A DNA stretch of 62,975 bases, filler included, from Octopus bimaculoides (Eukaryota): NCBI RefSeq assembly GCF_001194135.2. It is 5 parts of 5 records of this genome, joined end to end, with 100 filler letters (N's around TTAATTAATTAA, not from the genome) between each part and the next. Parts side by side here need not be neighbours in the genome. Positions count along the whole stretch, not along the records: positions 29,143 to 54,731 come from NC_068995.1; positions 54,832 to 61,762 come from NC_068992.1; positions 61,863 to 62,975 come from NC_069005.1; 2 more parts are not named here. The stretch is one strand, 5' to 3'. Shown here in pieces: positions 53,901 to 62,975 of the stretch. Made by a program: the position numbers and the translations under genes. Under the pieces are notes generated by a model that was not told where the DNA came from, searched no databases, and worked only from the letters and a program-made list of their open reading frames with translations. The stretch's first letter is position 1. Every line of letters starts with the position of its first letter.

Positions 53901-53937
<37 letters not shown>
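53765..53937 (+). mobile_element. RTE 3' tail fragment with (GAT)n
   Basis: gtggttggcgtcagaaaaggcatccagctgtagaa..catggaaaatggacgttaaacgatgatgatg matches 57518-57660. Confidence 0.88.
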
Positions 53938-53939
<2 letters not shown>

Positions 53940-54265
53940 TGTAAAGCAGTAAGTTGGTGGAATGGTTAACATACTGGACAAACTGCTTAGCAGCATTTCC
54001 TTCTGGTTTCCTCACATTCTGAGTTCAAACCCTGCCAAAATCAACTTTGTCTTTTATCCCTTTGAGGGGCGGGGTTGGGTGGTCAATAGAATAAAGTGCC
54101 ATGGGGTTGCTTTAATCATCTTGTCCCCTCCCATCAAAATTCCTGGACTTGTACCCCACAACAAACCAGTGTCCCCTTCAGGAGGTAAATGTTGCGATGT
54201 TGGTCACTCACGCACCACAAAAACTGGGTCACAGGGCTCAAGAAACAGAAGGAAAGGAGTGGTGT

Positions 54266-54379
54266 GTGACTGGAGGGATGTGTAGCTAGTATTTCTAGCA
54301 TGTTCAACGGCTGTCTACACATCCGTGACTGGAGGGATGTGTAGCTAGTATTTCTAGCATGTTCAACGGCTGTCTACAC
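54266..54379. repeat. 59-bp tandem duplication
   Basis: gtgactggagggatgtgtagctagtatttctagcatgttcaacggctgtctacac is identical at 54266 and 54325. Confidence 0.92.
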
Positions 54380-54684
54380 GTCCCCTTGTTGCTCTCTCTC
54401 TCTCACTTGGCCTATCCTTCCTTCGAAATGTCAAACCAAAGAATTCAATTCACTAATAGTTTTGCCATTAGTAAAACCCGCGTTACCATTTGACATTAAG
54501 GAGGGGATTAGAGGGAACACAACGAGGCTGAAAGACACACAGACAGACAGACAGAGACAGACGGACGGACAGACACATAAGTTGAAATTCTCAGTTAATG
54601 CCTGTAACAAACACACACATATATATACACATACACACATATATACATATACATACATAAACATATGCATACATATGTACATAA

Positions 54685-54731
<47 letters not shown>

Positions 54732-54832
54732 NNNNNNNNNNNNNNNNNNNNNNNNNNNNNNNNNNNNNNNNNNNNTTAATTAATTAANNNNNNNNNNNNN
54801 NNNNNNNNNNNNNNNNNNNNNNNNNNNNNNNA

Positions 54833-57660
54833 ATGCAGTTTGGGTTCATGCCAGGTAAAAGCACCACTGATGCCATATTTCTAGTGAGACAGCTGCAGGA
54901 GAAATATCTAGCCAAGGATAAACCTCTGTACCTGGCCTTCGTTGACATGGAGAAAGCCTTTGACAAAATAGAAGGGGATATAGCCTCACATGATGTAGAA
55001 GACAATTGGAGGTTTCTAAGGGACAACCTGCTGAGGGCCACTGACCAGATCTGTGGATGGTGCAAAGTCCCCTCTCAACCCAAAACAATGTGGTGGTGGA
55101 ACAATATTGTTGATAGGGCTATTAGAGAAAAGAAACAGGCTTGGAAGGACTGGAAGAATGGTAGTAGCAGACAGTGTTTCAAGACAGTCTGTGAGAGAGA
55201 ATTGTGCAAGACAGTGTGTGAGAGAGAATTGTGCAAGACAGTGTGTGAGAGGGAATTGTGATGTCACAAGAGAGAAACGTGTCTGCATGGATGATGGTTC
55301 ACTTGCACTAAATGAGGCTGCAAAGAGAGAGGTTTGGAGACGCCACTACGAAAGGTTGCTCAATAAAGAAAATGAATGGGAGAGGAAGAGTCTGCCGAAT
55401 GTCAACCCAACAGAGGGACCAGTTATTCGAGTTGACAGTACCATGGTAGATAAAGCAATTAGGAGTATGAAGACAGGGAAAGCCCCTGGCCCATCAGGAA
55501 CACTGCAGAGATCCTCAAAATATCTGGCAGTGTTGGCTATAGCCTAGTCACCCGTATAGTTAACGAGGTGATACACAAAGGAGTTATACCCAATGACTGG
55601 TGTAGCAACACCATAGTTAACTGCAACAAAAGTAAAGGTGATGCTTTAGATACAAATAATTACAGAGGTATCAAGTTGTTGGATCAGGTAATGAAGGTCA
55701 TGGAGAGGGTCATAGCCCAACTAATTAGGGAGAGAACAGCCTAGATGAGATGCAGTTTGGATTCGTGCCAGGGAAAAGCACCACTGATGCTATATTTCTG
55801 GTAAGACAGCTGCAAGAGAAATACCTAGCCAAAGATAAACCTCTGTACCTGGCTTTCGTTGACACAGAGAAAGCCTTTGACAGGGTTCCCCGATCCCTTA
55901 TCTGGTGATCAATGAGGAAACTAGGGATAGATGAATGGTTAGTGAGAGCTGTGCAAGCCATGTACAGGGACGGTGTCAGTAAGGTGAGGGTTAGCAATGA
56001 GTACAGTGAAGAATTCCAGGTAGATGTAGAGGTCCACCAAGATTCAGTCCTCAGCCCCCTCCTATTTATCATAGTCCTCCAGGCAATAACACAGGAATTC
56101 AAGACAGGATGCCCCTGGGAGCTCCTCTATGATGACGATCTGGCTCTAATTGCTGAGTCACTATCAGAACTAGAGGAGAAGTTTCAGGTGTGGAAACAAA
56201 GATTAGAATCAAAGGGCCTTAGAGTCAATCTAGCTAAAACCAAAGTCCTAATAAGTAGGAAGGTAGACAAACCACAAACCCCTTCAGGTAGATGGCCCTG
56301 CTCGATCTGTAGAAAGGCGTAGGTAGAAACTCTATAAGATGTACCCAGTGTAAGCTATGGACATATACGAGGTGCAGCAATATCAAAGGAAGGCTAACTA
56401 GGAAGGTAGTTTTTACATGTGGCAGATGCTCAGGAACAATAAACACTGAAAATGTGCAGAGAACAACTTCTGCCACATTCCAGGGAGAAAAACTAGTAGT
56501 TGATAGCTTTCATTATCTAGGTGACCAAGTCAGTTGTGAGAGAGGGTGCGCTGAAAGTGTAGCTGCTAGAATAAGAATAGCTTGGGCAAAGTTCAGAGAG
56601 CTCTTACCTCTGCTGGTGACAAAGGGCCTCTCACTTAGAGTAAAAGGCAGACTGTATGACGCATGTGTACAAACAGCCATGCTATATGGCAGTGAAACAT
56701 GGGCTGTAACTGCTGAGGACATGCATGAGCTTGCAAGGAATAAAGTCAGTATGCTTCGATGGATGTGCAATGTCAGTGTGCATACTCGACAGAGTGTAAG
56801 TGCCTTGAGAGAAAAGTTGGACCTAAGAAACATCAGATGTGGTGTGCAAGAGAGACGACTGCGCTGGTATGGTAATGTGGCAAGAATGGATGAGGATAGC
56901 TGTGTGAAAAGGTGCCACACCCTAATGGTTGAGGGAACTTGTGGAAGAGGTAGACTCAGGAAAACCTGGGATGAGGTGGTGAAGCACAACCTTCAAACAT
57001 TAGGCCTCACTGAGGCAATGACTAGTGACCGAGACCTTTGGAAATATGCTATGCGTGAGAAGACCAAGCAAGCCAAGTGAGACCATAACACATGGCCTAT
57101 GCCAGGGGTGTAACCAGCCCACTTATGCATACCTTTCCTTCATTTGGACACTAAACTCCGCTTGCGAAGACCTGTTGAGGCAAGCGAAATCGAAATCGAA
57201 TCAAATTCGATGACTGGCACCCATGCCAGTGAACTGCTAAGAGCATCATCCAAACATGATCATTGCTAATACAGCAGTCTGGCTTCCGTGCCGGTGGCAT
57301 GTAAAAAGCACCATTTGAGCATGATCGTTACCTGTGTTGCCTTACTGGCACTTGTGCCAGTGGCCCATGAAAAAACATTTGAGCAAGGTCATTGCCAGTG
57401 CCGCTGGACTGGCTCCTGTGCAGGTGGCACATAAAAAACACCATTTGAGCGTTGCCAGTACCGCCTGACTGGCCCTCACACCTGTGGCACATAAAAGCAC
57501 CCACTACACTCTCGGAGTGGTTAGCGTTAGGAAGGGCATCCAGCTGTAGAAACTCTGCCAGATCAGATTGGAGCCTGGTGCGGCCATCTGGTTCGCCAGT
57601 CCTCAGTCAAATCGTCCAACTCATGCTAGCATGGAAAGCAGATGGTAAACAATGATGATG
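54833..57660 (+). mobile_element. Decayed RTE-clade LINE: ORF2 linker, RT and C-terminus, 3' UTR and (GAT)n tail
   Basis: Fragments QFGFxPGKSTTDAIF, AFVDxEKAFD, ELLYDDDLALIA, GLRVNLAKTKV, VDSFHYLG, MLYGSETW and RRLRWYGNVARM. Stops and frameshifts present. ORF ends at 57080, followed by a repetitive UTR and gatgatg before a gap. Confidence 0.93.
55181..55260 (+). repeat. 27-bp triplication inside the RTE copy
   Basis: aagacagtgtgtgagagagaattgtgc starts at 55181, 55208 and 55235 and replaces a segment that is intact in the 61863 copy. Confidence 0.9.
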
Positions 57661-57803
57661 NNNNNNNNNNNNNNNNNNNNNNNNNNNNNNNNNNNNNNNN
57701 NNNNNNNNNNNNNNNNNNNNNNNNNNNNNNNNNNNNNNNNNNNNNNNNNNNNNNNNNNNNNNNNNNNNNNNNNNNNNNNNNNNNNNNNNNNNNNNNNNNN
57801 NNN

Positions 57804-57839
<36 letters not shown>

Positions 57840-57974
57840 CTATTTAGATATATATATATCATGTGTTGTTTCAAAACTTCACTTCTGTCTCATCATAGTT
57901 ATATCAGACACAAAATAACAGTTTGTGAAGTTTTCCGCTTTAATAAAACTGCATGCATGTGCTGGTGTCATATA

Positions 57975-58152
57975 AAAAGCATTCAGTCCACTTTGTAAGA
58001 TGGTTGGTGTTAGGAAGGGCATCAAACTGTAGAAACCATGCCAAAACAGACAACTGGAGCTTGGTGCTGTCTTCTGCCTGGCCGGCTCCTGTCAAATTGT
58101 CTAACCCATGCCAACAAGGAAAGAAGACGTTAAATGATGATGACGACGATGA
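57975..58152 (+). mobile_element. RTE 3' tail fragment
   Basis: ggttggtgttaggaagggcatc..cccatgcc..gacgttaaatgatgatgac matches the family tail. Confidence 0.82.
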
Positions 58153-59189
58153 TGTACTGAAATTAATTTGACTATTTTTTCCTTTAAAATTGTGGCTTTG
58201 TACCAGTAATTTCATTTTATTCTACCCAAATTCAACATAGGATTCAAACCTTAATGTTCTAGGTGTTCAACTAACAGAATTCATATAACAGGGTATTCCA
58301 CTGACAAAGAAATTATCGAGCAGATTCAGTGTAATAATGTATAACTATGAATTACAGATACAATAAGACCTCCAGACTTTCACATAGTTTTCATACTGTT
58401 CATCACACACACACACACACACACACACCTTCTACTTTTTTTATTTCTTTTCTTTACACTTTTATTGTTACTAGCAACCTCTTGCCAAATATCCATAATT
58501 ATCATTACTTCTCTTGTGCTAAATGAAACTGAAATTACATGCTTTACTTCACTGAAGCCCATATGTAACCTGAGATTGTAACCATACCAGAAACTTATGT
58601 CCATAGGCATATTGAATCGAACTTGTGGCAACATTTGCATCATAACAGATAATGCAGCCTGGAGGAGGGTGTGAATTACTCTTTTTGATATAAACAAACA
58701 TAATGTGTCTCTTTATTACAAGCATTACCTCTATTGTAGATAAAATCTTATAAGTTAAACCAAACAAATACATGTCATTCATATGAATACATACAAATAT
58801 CCGTGTATATGTATTATCCATGTAAATATATGTGGATGTGCATGGGTGTATAACAGTGTATGTGTATGAATGTGTGTGTATGTGTATGAATGTATGTATG
58901 TGTATGTACGTGTGTTTGTGTGTGTGAGAGAGTGTGAGTATGCATATAAGTGCATATGCCAGGTAAATGAGTTTCTTCAAGAAACTAAAGCAGTTTTTTG
59001 GTCATAATGCAAAAAAATCCAATGACCCTCAGATCTAAAGACAATACAAAACATATTAAAGAAACAAGCAGTTGTCAACAATCAGTAGCAATAATATTTT
59101 GAAGACTTGTTTATCCAAGAAGACTTTGTTTATCCAATTTAGCTGAACCAACTGAGAATGCAGAAACCAAAAATGTAATTTGTCCCCTA

Positions 59190-59745
59190 GAAGAACTTAT
59201 TGTACATGCACACTGATGTTGCTCATCCAAAAAAGCATACTAGCTTAATTCTTCTCGAGTCTCATATGGTCTCTGCATTCAGATCTCACTACCATGTTGT
59301 TCATATACAAGCATTATACAATCTGCCTTTCATTCAAAGAGAGAGATCTTTTGTTTCCAACAAAGGTAATAGCTCTCTGAACTTCCTCCATCCTATTCTA
59401 ATTACAGCAATTATACTTTTAGAACATCCTCTCCCACTACTTATTAGGTCCCTGGGTAACAGAAGCTATCTACAACCTTTAAGGAACTTTTAGGGCATTC
59501 AAGAAAAAGTATTCTTAGTCTTTATTGCTCCTGTGCATCTGCCACATACAAAGTCAACTTTCTCCTTCATTTCCCCTACAGCTCTGATATATCCATAGCT
59601 TGCACTAAATAAACCTTATAGAATTTCTCCCAACACCCTTCCTACACATGAAGGAGAGCCATTCACCTGAATTAGATTCCTGATTTTTATCTGCTTACTA
59701 GAATTTTGGTCAGTAATGCAAATAACTTGTTGATCTACAAAACAA
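59190..59745 (-). mobile_element. Old RTE LINE fragment (RT end, Zn-finger region, C-terminal region)
   Basis: Reverse complement aligns by eye to about 56200-56790, e.g. GVGRNSIR..CKLW..FVCGRC and the agagctattacctttgttggaaacaaaaga segment. Many stops. Confidence 0.75.
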
Positions 59746-60000
59746 ACTTTAGGAAACCAGCCAGTTATCTGATCCTCTATCCATCAGGTGGACACATAAG
59801 CTAGATTGACTACATTCTCACCAGAAACAGGGATGGGCACATACTTGTGAACATGAAATCCTTCTTTGGTGAAGAATGTACAATGCAACATACATTAGTA
59901 GTTAATGACTTTAGACTTAGGGCGAGAAGAATACTGAGGTAAAAATGGATCCTTCAAATGGTCAGAGATTTAAAGATGCATTTGAGAAGAAGGAGGAAGA
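59746..60000 (+). mobile_element. RTE AP-endonuclease C-terminal fragment, inverted relative to the adjacent RTE piece
   Basis: Translates ..IDYILTRNRDGHILVNMKSFFGEECTMQHTLVVNDFRL.., matching the IDYIL..H..V motif at the end of LINE AP endonucleases. Confidence 0.7.
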
Positions 60001-60039
60001 AATAGAGACAAATAACATAAAGAACAACTAGAAGTTCTT

Positions 60040-60290
60040 ACACAGCTGATGATCATAAGGTCATGAGTTCAATTCTCATTGCTCCAATCCACTCAGCTGA
60101 CAAAAATGAGTTACACCTGTAATTCAAAGGACCAACCTTGTCACATTCTGTGCACATTGAATCACCCTGAGAACTACATTAAGGGTAAGTGTGACTGTGG
60201 AGTGCTCAGCCACTTGCACATTAACTTCATGAGCAGACTGCTTGGCTGGTCGAATCACCTGGAACACTCATCATCATAACTGACTGAGAG
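60040..60290 (+). mobile_element. SINE family 3 copy
   Basis: Aligns with 42370-42590. Confidence 0.8.
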
Positions 60291-61648
60291 ACAGACCATG
60301 TGTGTGTGTGAGAGAGAAAGGTTGTGTGTATGCATGTGTGTGAGTGTGTATATTTAAATGCTATATGTGTGTCTGAGTAAGAGCATGTGAGAGAGAGTGT
60401 ATATGAGTGAGAGAGAGAGTGTATATGAGTGAGAGAGAGCGTGTGAGTGTGTGTGTGTATGAGCATGCATTATGCTGTGTGAATGAGTAAGAGATTCGTG
60501 CACACACACACACACACACACATGTGCATGTTAAAAAAAAATTTCTATTGAAACAATAGTGAAAATTTGAACTGTATTCTCAAGACTTCAAGATCTGATA
60601 AAAAAAAAAGTCAAAAGAATAAATTTAAATAGTGAAAACTAAAACTGCGTGTATTAGCAATATATTTGATACTTGAATGTATTATTATTTTTGCAATCAA
60701 AACAAATGAATAACATAAAAATCTGTTGATTTCACCATGACAGCACAACAATATGAACAGACTGTATGTGTGTGTGCACGTGTGTGTGCATGTGTGTGTG
60801 TGTGCGCACACATGTATGTGTGTGTGAGAGAGAGAGGTGGGGAGATAATGTGTGTGTAGCAGCAATTCAAAACCCAATTGTTAGGTAGCCAAGCAGACAT
60901 CACATATCAAACCACTGTAGTTTTACATGATCAATCTATTACGCAGCCAATGAGCATCAAGCCATTGCACGATTCAATTTTCTAGAACTTTCTAATTGTG
61001 CCCTATATAGAGATGGTTTTTGGTGGTAATCACAGAATGTTAAGGCAGCCGCATGACATCTCCATTCTCTCCACAACATCCAGCAGATTAAAACAGTTGT
61101 ATTCTCCAGTTGTGATGGGCCAGCCACAGATTGTTGTATCAGTTAACTTGCCATGAATCCTAAGCAGTATGTCTTTCCTTATATGTAATTATTGCTGCTA
61201 GTATTCATAAAAGAGAACACAGAAAACACTAGGTGCAGTTATAAAATCTTTTGTCAATTGTTCATAATGTTGTTAAGTACTTTTGCATGCAACTCAAGAA
61301 ATATATTTTCATTCACTAACTCAACAGCAGTAGCAGCTACCATGACTACTACCATGACAACCATACCCACAACAGTGGTGACCCATGACAATAACTATGA
61401 TGAGAAAGATCAAGAGGGGCAAAAGCTGATACATGTGTTTTTCTTAACACTGCAACCCCTACTTCTGCAAGCTACAACATTGAGAATGCTTAGCTTAGAT
61501 GCAACTTTCATCTTGCTTAAAATAGCAGTCAGATCTACCCATCAACACCAAGAAAACTCTTCTTCTCTCAAATGTGATTCCCAGCAGGGCCTTTTAAGTG
61601 TTGATTTCTCAGCCCAAGAATTACAGCGTGATGTGCTGCTTGACTGGT

Positions 61649-61695
<47 letters not shown>

Positions 61696-61862
61696 ATATA
61701 TATATATGATGATGATGATGATGATCTTTTCTCCCGCCATGCCTCTGTCTACCCCTCCATCCNNNNNNNNNNNNNNNNNNNNNNNNNNNNNNNNNNNNNN
61801 NNNNNNTTAATTAATTAANNNNNNNNNNNNNNNNNNNNNNNNNNNNNNNNNNNNNNNNNNNN

Positions 61863-62975
61863 ATAGATTAGTAGTTAGTGACTTTGGGATCAAGGCAAAA
61901 TGGGTGCCCAGAATTAGACAGGCTTGGAGGAGAAGGGTGTGGAAGCTTAAAGACCCTGCAAACGGACAGAGACTTAGAGACAAGTTACTTGAAGCATTTA
62001 ACGAAATAGAAGGGGATATAGCATCATACAACGTGGAAGACAATTGGAGATTTCTGCGGGACAACCTGTTGGGAGCCACCGACCAGATCTGTGGCTGGTG
62101 TAAAGTCCCCTCTCGACCCAGAGAAACGTGGTGGTGGAACAAAGAGGTAGACAGGGCTATTAGACAAAAGAAACAGGCTTGGGAGGACTGGAAGAACGGT
62201 GGTAGCAGGGAATTGTACCAATCTGTCAGAAGTGAAGCTAGGCAACAGGTTTATTTAGCCAGAGGGGAAGCAGATAAGAAAAGATTTGCCAATGTTCTGC
62301 GCTGTGAGGACCAAAGACTCGCGGTATTCCATGTTGCAAGACAGTATAGGAGAGAGAATAGTGATGTCGTAGGAGAGAAATGTGCTTGCATGGATGATGG
62401 TACGCTTGCACTAAATGAGGCTGCAAAGAAAGAGGTCTGGAGATGCCACTACGATAGATTACTTAATAAAGAGAATGAAGGGGAGAAAGAGAACCTGCCG
62501 TATGTCGACCGAACAGAGGGACCAGCTATCCGAGTTGACAGTACCAGGGTGGGTAAAGCAATTAAGAGTATGAAGACAGGGAAAGTCCCCGGCCCATCAG
62601 GAATCACTGCAGAGATGCTCAAAATATCTGGCAGTGTTGGCTATAGCCTAGTCACCTGTATTACGAACAAGGTGATACACGAAGGAGTCATACCGAATGA
62701 CTGGTGCAGCAGCACCATAGTCAACTGCTACAAAGGTAAAGGTGACGCTTTAGATACAAATAATTACAGAGGTATCAAGTTGTTAGATCAGGTAATGAAA
62801 GTCACGGAGAGGGTCCTAGCCCAACTAATTAGGGAGCGAATCAATTTAAATGAGATGCAGTTTGGGTTTGTGCCAGGTAAAAGCACCACTGATGCTATAT
62901 TTCTAGTAAGACAGCTGCTGGAGAAATACCTAGCCAAGGATAAACCTCTGTACCTGGCTTTCGTTGACATGGAGA
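61863..62975 (+). mobile_element. Second RTE LINE copy (linker to start of RT), running off the window end
   Basis: Colinear with 54965-55870 (NWRFLRDNLL, WWWN, NYRGIKLLDQVMK, MQFGFVPGKSTTDAIF). Confidence 0.92.

Noticed and set aside
55053-57080. RTE ORFs as a functional reverse transcriptase gene
   Set aside because: Multiple stops and frameshifts, YDDD in place of YADD, and no intact endonuclease.
61192-61818. 208-aa ORF
   Set aside because: Low complexity, runs through (CT)n and (GAT)n into a gap, and has no recognisable domain.

Overview
AT-rich, microsatellite-dense, gap-rich animal genomic DNA. The SINE and RTE families look like those of a coleoid cephalopod, probably Octopus (inference from memory of the repeat families; no search was run). 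The only host coding sequence I can support is a 43-bp exon at 50301-50343 (+) encoding the P-loop of a Gi/o-class G-protein alpha subunit. I could not find the flanking exons 1 and 3, so much of the window is probably intron or upstream DNA of that gene. The rest is repeats: decayed RTE-clade LINEs and their 3' tails, three tRNA-headed SINE families, hAT, Tc1/mariner, piggyBac and Helitron/Helentron non-autonomous elements, minisatellites (several born inside RTE 3' ends) and simple repeats. Almost every ORF in the supplied track is an artefact of N runs or microsatellites. The best finding is a 323-bp insertion at 22440-22762 with a 13-bp target duplication. On the minus strand it joins a tRNA-like Pol III head to a minimal type I hammerhead ribozyme motif with a palindromic helix III, and it carries an inverted copy of the sequence just past the predicted cleavage site, as in Penelope-type or retrozyme-like elements. 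A pair of decayed hammerhead-like motifs 346 nt apart lies in sense about 400 nt upstream of the G-alpha exon. Also notable: an 85-bp near-perfect palindrome, a PHD-like finger inside the RTE reverse transcriptase, and an in-frame chimeric RTE junction.
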